Origin: Malacoraja senta
Lineage: Eukaryota
DNA: 64,000 nt
Direction: 5' to 3'
Assembly (NCBI GenBank): GCA_038087875.1
Contig: CM075989.1
Coordinates: forward strand, 21,516,001-21,580,000
Position 1 is the first letter of the stretch, and every line of letters starts with the position of its first letter. Below the pieces are notes generated by a model. The model did not search any database. It had not been told where the DNA came from and was given only the letters and a program-made list of their open reading frames with translations. Shown one piece after another: positions 10,788 through 22,914 of the stretch. The position numbers and the translations under genes are program-made.

Positions 10788-11075
10788 AGTGTAGGAAGGG
10801 CCTGCAGATGCTGGTTCACACTGAAGCTAGACACAAAATGCAGGAGTAACTCAGTTGGAGAGAAGGAATGGGTGACGTTTCAGGTCGGAACCCTTCTTCA
10901 GACTGACTCGAGACTCTTCTTCCCTCAATCTGAAGAATGGTCTCGAGGAACTGCAGATGCTGGTTTACACCAAAGTTAGACACAAAATGCTGGAGTAACT
11001 CAGCGAGACAGGCAGAGCATCTCTGGAGAGAAGGAACAAGTAATGTTTTGGGTTGGAACCCTTCTTCAGACTGCC
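10788..11075 (-). mobile_element. Tandem Penelope-derived 3' ends
   Basis: two copies of ctgcagatgctgg..gacacaaaatgc..cccttcttcagact. Confidence 0.75.
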
Positions 11076-11099
11076 TATCAACAAGAATACTGGGAGATA

Positions 11100-11530
11100 T
11101 TTGGCAAAAGGAGAGGTTAGACAAACTCGGATTGTTTATGCTGTAACACCAGAGGGTTAGAGGTGACCTGATAGACGTATATAAAATTATGAGAGGCATA
11201 GATAGGATAGACAGTCAGAACATTTTTCCCAGGATGCAAATGTCAAAGACTAGCTGGCGTAGCTTTAAGGTGAGAGGAGCAAGTTTGAAGGAGATGTGCG
11301 GGGAATGTGTCTTATTCAGAGGGTGGTGGGTGCCGGGAACGCGCTGCCTGAGGTGGTATTTGGAGGCAGATATGCTAGTTTTGTTTCGATAGGAACATGG
11401 ATATGCAGGGAAGGGATGAATGTGGATCACGTGCAGGCAGACGAGATTATTTTTCTCTTGGAACCACGTTCGGCACAGATATTGTGGGCCGAAGGACCTG
11501 TGCCTGTTCCGAATTGTTCTATGTTCTAAG
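11100..11530 (+). mobile_element. CR1-like LINE 3' fragment, diverged
   Basis: ERLDKLGLF..RGDLIDVYKIMRGIDRID; tail gggccgaaggacctgtgcctgttc..tgttctatgttct. Confidence 0.85.
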
Positions 11531-11684
11531 TTGTAAAGTAACTGTTTGCTAAATGTGGAGTTCCCATATTCCAAGAGTCAATGGATTCATTTTGCTGCCT
11601 TAAAACTTGGATGGAAAAATCTGTAATCTTCTTTGCGTATAATCGATACTTTCATTGCTGCATAGAAGAACATTTTAAGCATTG

Positions 11685-11995
11685 TTCAGTTTAGTTTGGT
11701 TTAGAGATACAACGTGGAAACATGCCCTTCGGCCCACCGAGTCCACACTGACCAGCGATCCCCGCACATTAACACTATCCTACACACTAGGGACAATTTA
11801 CATTTATACCAAGCCTGTTAAACTACAAATTTGCACCTCCTTGGAGTGTGGGAAGAAACCGAAGACCTTGGAGAAAACCCACGCAGGTCACGGGGAGAAC
11901 GTGCAAACTCCGCACAGACAGGCACCGGTAGTCAGGCCTGAACCAGGGTCCCTGGCGCTGTGAGGCAGCAACTCTACCGCTGCGCCACTGTGCCA
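11685..11995 (-). mobile_element. V-SINE
   Basis: full-length reverse SINE with (tttag)n tail. Confidence 0.9.
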
Positions 11996-12587
11996 TCATT
12001 CTTGCTTTAGTGATGTATAGAGCGTGGGGGGGATTCCCGCCGTTCAGGCTGTGTAGTGTATTAATCTTTGATCTATATATGGTGTACATCCACTATTGCA
12101 GAAGCACATGTACCTTTTTCTTCCTGCAGTGTATCTCACTGAAGCCCTGGTTTACAGCCACCAATAACTTAAACTTTCAACTTGCATGGCATTTATGCAG
12201 AGACACAGACCTTACACAGCAATAAAAGGTGGCACAGTGATGAATTACCACTCACCGCTTTCATTGATCACTTTGCGTTCCTTTGTACTTGATGTGACAA
12301 TTGTACAGCCACTCAGAATAGGTTTAATGGAGCAGGAGCTGAACACCGTCAGATTGAACTGCTTGGGAGAATTAAAATGCATAGACCTCAAGGAAACAAA
12401 GAGGTGAACCCTGTTACTTCACGGACTAATTGCTCGTGTATCATCAGGTAGCAGTTACAAGACTTTCTTTTACTAACTTCTTCCAAAGGAGAACTTCCCT
12501 CCCAGGCACAATGCTCCAACTGAGTAATATGGCCCATATCCCTCTTAACTCTTCTTATCCACATCCCTGGCCAAGTCAGTTTATTGG

Positions 12588-12792
12588 ATGAAGAAGGGTC
12601 TCGACCCGAAACGTCATCCATTCCTTCTCTCCAGAGATGCTTCCATGTCCCGCTGAGTTACTCCAGCTCTTTGTGTCTATCTTAAGTTTACTGTCGTGTA
12701 GGAAGGAACTTCTGGTGTAACTCAGCGGGACAGACAGCATCTTTGGAGAGAAGGAATCATTGACGTTTCGGGTCAAGATCCTTCTTCAGACT
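12588..12792. mobile_element. Penelope-derived tail-to-tail pair
   Basis: tgaagaagggtctcgacccgaaacgtc.. (+) and ..gacgtttcgggtcaagatccttcttcagac (-). Confidence 0.75.
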
Positions 12793-12799
12793 GCTTGAC

Positions 12800-13238
12800 C
12801 GGTTGACGGCACTGGGCCTGTACTCGCTGGAGTTCAGAAGGATGAGGGGGGACCTCGTTGAAACTTACTGAATAGTGAAAGGCCTGGATAGAGTGGATGT
12901 GGAGAGGATGTTTCCACTAGTGGGAGAGTCTAGGACCAGAGGGCACAGCCTCAGAATAAAAGGACCTACCCTTAGAAAGGAGATGAGGAGGAATTTCTTT
13001 AGTCAGAGGATGGTGACTTTGTGGAATTCACTGCCACAGAAGGCTGTGGAAGCCAAATCAATGGATATTATTTATGGTGGTGATTCACAGATTAAAACTT
13101 GTATGGAAACATCTGTAATCTTCTTTGCATACAGGTGTCAGGGGTTATGGGGAGGAGAATGGGTTTGAGAGGGAAGGATAAATCAGCTATGATTGAATGG
13201 CAGAGTAGACTTTATGGGGCATATATGGCCTAATTCTG
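12800..13238 (+). mobile_element. CR1-like LINE 3' fragment carrying a 40 bp foreign insert
   Basis: ORF 12875-13168 KGLDRVDVERMFPLVGESRTRGHSLRIKG..FFSQRMVTLWNSLPQKAVEA. Confidence 0.9.
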
Positions 13239-13239
13239 T

Positions 13240-13510
13240 AGAGTTGCAGCTTTAGAGATCCATGTTCAATCCTGACTACGGGTGCTGTCTGTAGGGAGTT
13301 TGTACATTCTCCCCGTGACCGCATGGGTTTCCTCCGGGTGGTCCGGTTTTCATCCACATCCCAAAGACGTGCAGGTTTGAAGGTTAATTAGCTTCGGTAG
13401 AAATAGTTAATTATCCCTTTTGAGTAGGATAGTGTTTGTGTGCGGGGAGATCGCTGGTCGGCGCGGACTCAGTGGGCCGAAGGGCATGTTTCCACGCTGT
13501 ATCTGTAACG
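13240..13510 (+). mobile_element. V-SINE, 5'-truncated
   Basis: gttcaatcctgactacgggtgctgtctg..gggccgaagggcatgtttcc. Confidence 0.85.
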
Positions 13511-13594
13511 TCTAAGAAGTCCAAAGCATCTACATAAAATATTGTTTGTTGCTGTCCGATAAAAGGATGAATCGCTGTTCATCTGTTACAGTAA

Positions 13595-13692
13595 CAGTTT
13601 AGTTTATTGTCACGTGTACCGAGGTACAGTGAAAAGCTTTTGTTGCGTGCTATCCGGTCAGCGGAAAGACAATACATGATTACAATCGAGCG
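13595..13692 (-). mobile_element. Rex1/Babar-like LINE 3' UTR tip
   Basis: reverse complement of aaaagcttttcactgtacctcggtacacgtgacaataaactaaac, also at 48045 and 63240. Confidence 0.65.
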
Positions 13693-14359
13693 GCTACACA
13701 TTGTGACTGTGCAATTTTCCGCTACCCTGCCTCGTACAGAAGCTTCGAGGGCCTGCGCTGTTTTGAAGATACAGCTTCACGGATCCATTCCTCGGCCTCA
13801 GCTGCGGATTTTCTCCGGATTGCTGCTCTGCCGTTCCATTGGGAGTGCCGGGGATTAGAGGCCAGGTGGTGTTCAGGGACTCCATGGACCCAGACATCAG
13901 CAGCTAGAATTCCACCTGACTGGCTCGGCCTCTGGGATAACTATCTGGAAAACTGTTGAAAGCCACACAGCTCTGACAACGATTACCCTACAGAAAACAT
14001 CATTCTCCTGCTGTCAACCTTCAAATTAAAGCAAGGTGGGACCTCCCTGTAGTCCTGAGAATAGGTGTTATACCCGAAGTGTAATTTCTAAGACTGGCTG
14101 TGCTCATGTGATCTAGAGTTACCACCTCAATAGACCAAGTGCTCGACCTTCTTCATGAACTTAAGGGAGTCCGTGAGTTCATACCTGCTCTCAGTCACAT
14201 CCGCTGATGCATATACAATTCACTTGAGAATTTGACACCTCAACTCTAGTTTACCATGGAGATCAGAGTCATTGCTAGGATAGATATGTCTGAAGTCATT
14301 AATCCAGTAATCAAGGAGGTCTCTGACACAAAATGAACAACCACAAGTTGAGGGTGAAG

Positions 14360-14525
14360 TTTTGGGTCGTGACCTTTCTTTAACCCCGAAGATCCGTCTG
14401 AAGAAGGGTCTCGACCCGAAACGTCATCCATTCCTTCTCTCCAGAGATGCTGCCTGTCCCGCTGAGTTACTCCAGCATTTTGTGTCTATCTTCGGTTTAA
14501 AGCAGCATCTGCAGTTCCTTCCTAC
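14360..14525 (+). mobile_element. Penelope-derived element with intact hammerhead motif at 14398-14425
   Basis: CTGAAGA A GGGTC TC GACCC GAAA CGTC. Confidence 0.8.
14398..14425 (+). ncRNA. Putative minimal type I hammerhead ribozyme (representative copy)
   Basis: core CUGANGA, 5-bp stem II, GAAA, self-complementary ACGU, GUC triplet; activity untested and stem I very short. Confidence 0.55.
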
Positions 14526-14708
14526 CCAACCACACGTTAAGTCTTAAAGGAGTTCAAACAATGTAGGAAGGAACTGCTGGTTTACACAGAAGATAGTTCA
14601 AACAATGGTCAGGTTTGGGTGTGGTGAAGGGTAAGGACTTGCCCCAAACCACCTCCAAGAAATAGCTTCCTTATTCTTTCAAAGTACTACTTCTTGCCCT
14701 GAACACTG

Positions 14709-15125
14709 TTTAGTTTAGTTCAGTTAAGTTTAGTTTAGTTTATTTTCGAGATGCAGCGCAGAAACTGGCCCTTCGGCCCACCGACCAATGATTCTGATCT
14801 CCATGGTAAGCTTGACCGGTAATCCCCATACACTAGCACCATCCTGCACATACTAGGGACAATTTACAATTTTTACCAAAGCTAAATAAAGGGCCTGTCC
14901 CACTTGGCCGTCTTTTGCGCGTCACGCAGATGGCGCGCGAAGATTTTGTACATCACAAATTCCTGCGATGTCGCGCGTCACTGCCTATGTCATCACGCTC
15001 CATGCGCGCATCACGTGCGTTTCACGATGCGCGTGTCGTGCGTCGTGACGCGTAAATGATGTCGCGTAAATTACGCGCAAATGACGGCCAAGTAGGACAG
15101 GCCCTTTAACCTACAAATCTGTATG
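14709..15125 (-). mobile_element. V-SINE 3' part interrupted by a MITE
   Basis: (tttag)n tail ... accaaag [MITE] ttaacctacaaa. Confidence 0.75.
14890..15105. mobile_element. PIF/Harbinger-type MITE, CpG-rich
   Basis: TIRs AGGGCCTGTCCCACTTGGCCGTC / GACGGCCAAGTAGGACAGGCCCT; TAA/TTA flanks. Confidence 0.88.
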
Positions 15126-15145
15126 TGACTATTAAATCCAGTTTC

Positions 15146-15237
15146 CTTCTCTCCATAGATGCTGCCACACCCGCTGAGTTTCTCCAGTATTTTTGTCTAC
15201 CTTCGATATTACCAGCATCTGCAGTTCTTTCTGAAGC
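15146..15237 (+). mobile_element. Penelope-derived 3' tip with 15-bp TSD
   Basis: TSD attaa(a/g)tccagtttc at 15131-15145 and 15238-15252. Confidence 0.75.
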
Positions 15238-15517
15238 ATTAAGTCCAGTTTCTTTTGTTTTAGTTCTATTGTTTTTCTTTGTGGGAAATATAATTGCAGC
15301 AGCAATAAAGCATGTCGTGCCTGACAAATCATATTTGTTCTCGTTCATATCTCTAACGATATTTCCTCTCTTGCAGTCTTAGTGTCCACACTCTCCTTTT
15401 CTGTCCATTTTTTAGATACTTTGTGAAATATAAAATATTACCGCGAGGGGAATTAGCGGGAGATCAGAAGTAATTGGGAAGTCGCTAAAAGCAGTTGAGG
15501 AATAGCTAAATATGTGG

Positions 15518-16010
15518 CATAGAGTGATATAGCATGGAAACAGGCCCTTCAGCCCAACTTGCCAACACTGGCCAACATGTCCCAGCTACACTAGTCCCAC
15601 CTGCCTGCGTTTGGTCCATATCCCTCCAAACCTGTCCCATCCACGTACCTGTCTAACTGTTTCTGAAACGTTGGGATAGTCCCAGCCTCAACTATCTCTT
15701 CTGGCAGCTTGTTCCATACACCCACCACCCTTTGTGTGAAAAAATCACCCCTCAGATTCCTATTAAATCTTTTCCCCTTCATATTAAACCTAGGCCCTCT
15801 GTTCCTTGATTCCCCTACTCTGAGCAAGAGACACGGTGCATCTACGGGATCTATTCCTCTCTTGATGTTATACACCTCTATAAGATCACCCCTCATCCTC
15901 CTGCGCTCCAGGGAATAGTCCCAGCCTCCTCTACCTCTCCCTGTAGCTCAGACACTCTGGTCCTGGAAACATCCTCGTAAATCCTCTCAGTACCCTTTCT
16001 AGCTAGACAA
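15518..16010 (-). mobile_element. CR1/HER1-like LINE 3' fragment
   Basis: ORF 15591-15896 RGDLIEVYNIKRGID..FFTQRVVGVWNKLPEEIVEAG; 3' tail gggctgaagggcctgtttcc shared with the SINE. Confidence 0.9.
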
Positions 16011-16144
16011 TATTTTTTCCATCATTTCTTAAGAATACTATTTTTAAGACGGAAAGATCGTAGCCACGATTTCTTGGAAGAACATAGAAGGTTACACGCA
16101 TACGTGAGCTTAGTCAGTGAAGCTAAGTGGGAGGATGTGTTGAA

Positions 16145-16558
16145 TGGGCACCTGAACGGTCCTTTCACCAGCTAGAGAGTGGTCCTGACCTCCCATATAC
16201 CTTATTGGAGACCGTTGAACTGGTTTTAATCTACCTTTATTGGACTTTATCTTGCACTAAAGGCTGTACCTTTATCATTTTCCTATGCGGTGTGGACGGC
16301 AAGATTGTATTCATGTATAGACATTTCTTTGAAGATAGATACAAAAAGCTGGAGTGACTCAGCGGGTCAGGAAGCATCTCATGCGATAAGAAATAGGTGA
16401 CGTTTTAGGTCGAGACCCTTCTTCAGCCCTATCTTCTATTTATCTATCTTCTATCTTCGGTTTAAGCCAGCATCCGCGGTTCCTTCCGACATATATCGTT
16501 TTTACTTTGACTGGTCAGCTTGTAAACAAAAGCCTTTCACTGTAAACAAAAGCCTTTC
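16145..16558 (+). mobile_element. Rex1/Babar-like 3' UTR with nested Penelope-derived piece (16331-16490); tip resumes at 16953-16995
   Basis: ctgaacggtcc..ttgcactaa..gattgtattcatgtatag..aacaaaagcctttcactgta. Confidence 0.6.
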
Positions 16559-16950
16559 TTATAGAAACGTACAAAATTCTTATGGGGTTGGACAGGCTAG
16601 ATGTAGGAAGATTGTTCCCGATGTTGGGGAAGTCCAGGACAAGTGGTCACAGCTTAAGGATAAGGGGGAAATCCTTTAAGACCGAGATGAGGAAAAACTT
16701 TTTCACACAGAGAGTGGTGAATCTCTGGAACTCTCTGCCACAGAGGGTAGTTGAGGCCAGTTCATTGGCTATATTTAAGAGGGAGTTCGATGTGGCCCTT
16801 GTGGCTAAGGGGATCAGGGGGTATGGAGAGAAGGCAGGTACGGGATACTGAGTTGGATGATCAGCCATGATCATATTGAATGGCGGTGCAGGCTCGAAGG
16901 GCCGAATGGCCTACTCCTGCACCTATTTTCTATGTATCTATCTATGTATA
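16559..16950 (+). mobile_element. Young CR1-like LINE 3' end
   Basis: ORF 16582-16851 nearly identical to the end of the LINE at 61231-61520. Confidence 0.93.
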
Positions 16951-17010
16951 TATGTACCTCGGTAGTCGTGACAATTACAAACTATGCCAAACTAAGCTAT
17001 ATCAGGAAAT

Positions 17011-17320
17011 TAGTTTTGTTTTAGTTTAGAGATACAGCGCAGAAACAGGCCCTTCGGCCCACCAAGTCTGTACCGACCAGTGATCCCCACACCTTGACAC
17101 TATCCGACACACACACACTAGGGACAATTTACACTTACACCGAACCAATTAACCTACACCCCTGTACGCCTTTGGAGTGTGGGAGGAAACCGAAGATCTC
17201 GGAGAAAACCCACGCAGGTCACGGGGAGAACGTACAAACTCCGTACAGACAGCACCCGCAGTCCCATAGCCAGGATCGAACCCAGGTCTCTGGTGCTGCA
17301 AACACTCTACCTGCTCTACC
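17011..17320 (-). mobile_element. V-SINE
   Basis: reverse SINE. Confidence 0.88.
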
Positions 17321-18071
17321 TCCACCATAGCTGCCCAATGAGAGCAAATGAGAGCAAAACAGCTCAAAAGAAGAACAATGTTGCATGAGTTTGTTTATGT
17401 GTCAAGGTAAAGGCTTTGTCAGGTCTGCAAATCAAATCAAAGAGGTCTTTTTTATCCTTTTGGGCTTCATGGCTGTCTCCTGTTACAATAGGTTTTGTTA
17501 TTCTGGATTTCAGTTTGTTGAGCAAGATTGGAAAAAGATGGTAAGCTAATCAATGTTCGGTATTACTTCCATGGCCAACAGGGCTATTGTGAAGCACGAG
17601 AAAACAGTAAATGAACTCTAGTGAAGGTTAGTGATTCAAAGGCAGGTGAATCACTTCATTTCATTCCCTGGTACCAAGCGGTAATATTTCTACTGTTATT
17701 GCCACATCCATGAAGACAGGAAATATATTGTGTGTTCAGATTAGTGGTCTCATTCAGTGCTAGAGTGCATATTGTTCCACTGGCATTTTAGCTGCAGCAC
17801 AGAATAAGGTGCATGTCAATGGAAGGTACGTTTTCAGTTCAGTTCAGTTTGGGAGTTATGGAGTTGAAAATTCAGCCCATCCATATAAGAATTCAATAGT
17901 TGAAGAATATCGATCGCCACATTGGTTATCGCAGCTCCCACTGTACATCGACCGACATATAAAAAGTAGGCATTTAATAGCAAAGTTGATTTTACAGTTT
18001 TTTTCATAGAATGAAGAGAGAAGCTGTCCACAAGATAAAATGTTTGAGAAAAGTTGTGAATTTGCGGAAAT

Positions 18072-18282
18072 CCCTGCCACAGAGGGCAGTGGAGGCCAAA
18101 TCACTGGATGGATTTAAGAGAGAGTTAGAGAGAGCTCTAGGGGCTAGTGGAGTCAAGGGATATGGGGAGAAGGCAGGCACGGGTTATTGATTGGGGACGA
18201 TCAGCCATGATCACAATGAATGGCGGTGCTGGCTCAAAGGGCCGAATGGCCTCCTCCTGCACCTATTTTCTATGTTTCTATG
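18072..18282 (+). mobile_element. CR1-like LINE 3' end
   Basis: ccctgccacagagggcagtggaggcc..tcagccatgatcacaatgaatggcggtgctggctc..ctatgtttctatg. Confidence 0.88.
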
Positions 18283-18529
18283 GAAAATTACTGAAGTGGA
18301 CCGAGACACCAATCCCATGTGTATTTTTTAATCATTTTCAGAAGCAATGGGGAAAATAATAAAGGTTATTCCCAAATTAATTTTGAAAAGATATTTTCCT
18401 TCACCATGGATCTGAATCTAATCAAGGCTGTATGTTTTTTTAAATTATTTGTGGCCCACAATTTGTCCAAGAGTTTAAAACAAAGATTAACCTCTGGAGC
18501 TGGGAAAGGATAGCTTAGGATGTAACATT

Positions 18530-18815
18530 TTTGTTTAGTTTAGAGATATGGCGCAAAAACAGGCCCTTCGGCCCACCGAGTCCGCACCGACCAGGGATCC
18601 CCACGCAATAACACTATCCTACACACACGAGGGTCAATTTAAATTCATACTAAGCCAATTAACCTAAAAACATGTACGTTTATGGAATGTGAGAGGAAAC
18701 CGGAAATTATGGGGAAAACCCACGCATGTCACAGGGAGAAAGTACAAACTCCGTACACTCAGAGTCAGGATCGAACTCAGGTCTCTGGCACTGTGAGGCA
18801 GAGACTCTACCGCTG
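18530..18815 (-). mobile_element. V-SINE
   Basis: reverse SINE. Confidence 0.85.
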
Positions 18816-19579
18816 CCGGGCCAATTCTTGAAATTCATTAAATATCCGAAGTCAGTTGCAAATGAACACTTTTCCACAAATGCATCGCATCTTGCGAATG
18901 GCCGTGCTCTCCCATTTGAGACTCTGAAACAAACCGAGCAGACTCATTGCAACAGGGGCAAGCAGTAATCAAATATTTGGATGTTCGTTGTGGAAAATCT
19001 GTTGCCATTCACGTGACACTTTTCCTTGGCCTTGTAACATGTGAACATGATCCTGCTCAAGTTTTTCCTTTGTTGTGGCCTGCAGTAAACGTGATCGCAG
19101 TAAACAAAATGTAGATCGCAAACTCCAGGCCTTGTGGCTGAAGTTTTTTTTGTGTAATGGAGACGGCTCCTGTTACAAAATACCTCCTATTAAAACCTTT
19201 TCCCCGGGAGGAGAAGGTTGCACAATGGAACAGTGCCTACAAGTTATGTTAAGGTGGCATCGAGCGTCAAATAATAAGACAAGACATGGCAAGAGCAGTG
19301 GAATTTCTTTTATAAATTGGTGGATAGAATTAACAGCCACACTATCTGAGGGATCAATGTTATGGTGTTTGAATACTTGTTAATGAATACTTATGAAGGT
19401 CACCATGACAGATGAAATAGCAAAACACACCCGATCGTAAAACCTATCTCCGAAAAATAATTAATATTGAATTATAATCAAGAAATGAAGGCCCACAAAG
19501 ATTTAAGGTTGCGTTACGGCAGAAGTTTGGATGGCAAAGTCACATGGGATCAACATCAATAACCACCAGCATGCCTTGT

Positions 19580-19898
19580 TTGAGCTTAGTTTTAGCTTTA
19601 CAGGGACAGCACAGAAACAGGCCCTTCAGCCCGCCAAGTCCACGCTGACCATCGATCCCCGCACACTAACACTATCCGACAAACACGAGGGACAATTTAC
19701 AATGATACCAAAGCCTGTTAGCCTAAAAAACATGTACGTCTTTGGAGTGTGGGAGGAAACCGGTGCTCCCGGAGAAAAACCCACGCAGGTCACGGGGAGC
19801 ACATGCAAACTCCGTACAGACAGCACCCGTGGTGAGGATCGGACCCGGGTCTCTGGCGCTGTAAGGCAGCAACTCTACCGCTGCGCCACCGTGCTGCC
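19580..19898 (-). mobile_element. V-SINE
   Basis: reverse SINE, head gggcagcacggtggcgcagcggtagag. Confidence 0.9.
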
Positions 19899-20817
19899 CT
19901 TGTCTTACCTCATGCCGAACAGATTGGTGGGACAATATAATTTGGGATAAACACTGGGTGCTGGAACTAACCCACTGTGTGGTAAACTGCACTGACAATC
20001 CTGTTAGCAGCTCTCTCTCTATGCTTCAGTTCAGATATACCAATTTTAGTTCTTCGAAAGGCTGCAAAAGAGCCAGGACAATTGTCAAGTGCGCAAAGGT
20101 CAAGACTCTTTCATTCAAAGTGGGGACCACTGAAGCAACAGGTTGTTGAAGTTACGCGGCGTCACTAAGCTGTCATTTAGGAGATTACGTGAAGTTCGGT
20201 ACTCTGTTCTCACTTTGTCAACCAATGTGTGCATGTCTTTTCAAATAAATATTAAGTGCTTCTGTCCTTTCCCCACCACTGAAATGCCGACACACTGATG
20301 GTTGCTGCAGCTGAGGTAAAGTCTGCCACCAAGGGTGAAGCTGGAATCTGACGCTGCTCCTCATTCACACCGTACACCATCGGGGGTTGTCACATGTTCT
20401 GGTTTAGTTTATTTTAGGGGGGGTGGGGCAGAGAGAAAGACAGAGAGAAAAAAACTAATCAAGAACATTTTTTAAAAAATAGAATGGGAAACAGGACAGA
20501 TTCGTGCATTTTGATCATTGTTAAATGAATAATTAACATACATAATTATTTATGTAACAATAATTACATGATTTGTAAATTAACATTGACAAATAATTTG
20601 TCGATCATTTGATAAATTATTATTTGACAAATAATTAATTGTGCCAAAATTATCAAATAGCCAAACAATATGATGACCAATTTGATTCCTTGGTTCAAAG
20701 TGCACAGGGAATTGTCAATGTTCTATTTCATCCAGTTAGTTACGCAGGCAAGCATTTTCAAAGCAGCAACAGGCATCTTTACTGGTCTAACTTCAGAAAA
20801 AAAGTTTAATTTAGTTT

Positions 20818-20947
20818 AAGAAAGAAATGCAGATGTTGGTTTAAATCGAAGGTAGACACAAAATGCTGGAGTAACTCAGCGGGACAGGCAGCATCTGATG
20901 AGAGAAGGAATGGGTGACGTTTTGGGGTCGAGACCCTTCTTCAGACT
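20818..20947 (-). mobile_element. Penelope-derived 3' end
   Basis: agacacaaaatgctggagtaactcagc..gagacccttcttcagact. Confidence 0.75.
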
Positions 20948-21910
20948 TAGTTTAGTTTAGTTTAGAGATACAGCGCAGAAACAGGTCCTTCGGACCACCA
21001 AGTCCGCGCAGCACATTAATCCCCGCACATTAACACTATCCTACACACAAGGGACAATTTACTACCTTTTACCGAAGCCAATTAACCTACAAACATGTAC
21101 GTCTTTGGAGTGTGGGAGGAAACTGGAGCACCCAAAGAAAACCCATGCGGTCATCAAGAGAACATACAAACTCAGTACAGACAGCGCCCATAGTCAGGAT
21201 CAAACCCGGGTCTTGGGTGCTCTAGAGTTGCTGGCACACAACGCCAGAGACCCGAGTTCGATCCTGACTACGGGTGCAGCCTGTACGGAGTTTGTACATT
21301 CTCCCTGTGACCGCGTGAATTTTCTCCAGGTGCTCCAGTTTCCTTCCGCACTCCAAAGATGTACAGGTGTGTGGATGTACAGGTGTGTAGATGTACAGGT
21401 GTGTAGATGTACAGGTGTGTAGATGTACAGGTGTGTAGATGTACAGGTGTGTAGATGTACAGGTGTGTAGATGTACAGGTGTGTAGATGTACAGGTGTGT
21501 AGATGTACAGGTGCGTAGATGTACAGGTGCGTAGATGTACAGGTGTGTAGATGTACAGGTGTGTAGATGTACAGGTGTGTAGATGTACAGGTGTGTAGGT
21601 TAATTGGCTCTGGATAAATGATCAATTATCCCTAGTGTGTGTAGGATAGTGCTAGTGTATGGGGGGACTGCTGGTCGGCATGGACTCAGTGGGCCGAAGG
21701 GCCTGTTTCCATGCTAAATCTCTAAAGTCCATTCAGGAAGAAGCTGTTCCTGAGTCTGGTTGTGCACTGATTCCCTAGGGAGTAGGTGAGTTTACAATTC
21801 ACTTTGTAAATTGTTCCTGGCGTGTAGGATACTAGCGGAGTGAGCGCTGGTCGGCGCGGAATCGGCGGGCCGAAGGGCCTGTTTCCGCGCTGTATCTCTA
21901 GAGTCTAAAC
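20948..21910. mobile_element. Head-to-head V-SINE pair (- 20948-21220, + 21222-21730) plus a SINE tail at 21800-21910
   Basis: SINE motifs on both strands joined near 21221. Confidence 0.85.
21357..21598. repeat. 16-bp minisatellite, ~15 copies, inside a SINE
   Basis: (agatgtacaggtgtgt)n. Confidence 0.95.
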
Positions 21911-22511
21911 TGACCAGGGTGGGGGAAGACGCTCTCCATTCGTCGGGGGAAAGCGATCACTTTGGCTGAAGGTCTTTACTTTCCACTGGGGCCCCTCTGG
22001 CATGTTTGCCAACAAACGCATGAAAAAATGTGGCGTTTCTGCTGCATCCGAGGGTTATCAGGATCTGCAGCTGTCGCAGTCTGAGACCTCGCTGAACAGC
22101 TAATCTTATCTTCAACGCCCTGCCGCATACCTGCGCCTCGCTCGGAGCCACCGTGTGTCGGGTTCACTATAATGCCAAGGCTATGTGGCAGATAATATAC
22201 AGCCAGTACAAATAGAAACATGTTTCTGAAAGTCGACACTGGCAGCTATGTGTTTAACTCCTGGTGGCTCAGAGCGAGACAGGCAGCCAGGCAATTCCAG
22301 AGATTTCATTCAGATCTCATATCTTGCTTAGAGGCAAAAGGAGAAATATTAGATTATCCTGCTTTTCTGTGGCCCTTTATGAATATGCCTGTGTGTCGGT
22401 ACAGAAAGAGGCTTTGACAATAAATTTCACCAACTTGACGAGACTTGTTAAAAGCCACAGTATCAGCTTTCTACCAGACAAGCTGTCAAATTCAGGTTAA
22501 TTCAGTGTCAA

Positions 22512-22830
22512 CGGGCGGCCCACGATGGCGCAGCAGTAGAGTTGCTGCCTTACAGCGAATGCAGCACCGGAGACCCGGGTTCGATCCCGACCACTGGTGC
22601 TGTCAGTACGGAGTTTGTACGTTCCACCCGTCACCTGCGTGGGTTTTCTCTGAGAACTTTGGTTTCCTTCCACACTCCAAAGACGTACATGTTTATTAAC
22701 GCTGCAGATAGGGTACTGATTGGGGATGATCAGCATTGGGGATGATCAGCCATGATCACGTTGAATGGTGGTGCTGGCTCGAAGGGCCGAATGGCCTACT
22801 GCTGCACCTATTGTCTATTGTCTATCTATC
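22512..22830 (+). mobile_element. V-SINE 5' part (22512-22692) followed by a CR1 3' tail (22705-22830)
   Basis: B box ggttcgatccc; tail gaagggccgaatggcctact..ctattgtctattgtct. Confidence 0.8.
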
Positions 22831-22914
22831 CACTAAACATTCCTTCCTTTGAATAATGGCTCACTCCAGGTGCTAGATCAAACTGTGTAACAGCTACCTG
22901 GTTCATACAGAATA

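Noticed and set aside
13694..13897. 67-aa minus ORF in unique sequence as an exon
   Set aside because: No recognisable homology or clear splice boundaries
14887..15109. Kolobok/piggyBac (TTAA) assignment for the AGGGCC MITEs
   Set aside because: The cleanest copies (10372, 60686) duplicate only 3 bp, TAA or TTA
21200..21625. Repetitive 141-aa ORF or CRISPR-like array
   Set aside because: It is a head-to-tail 16-bp tandem repeat with no spacers, in a eukaryotic SINE
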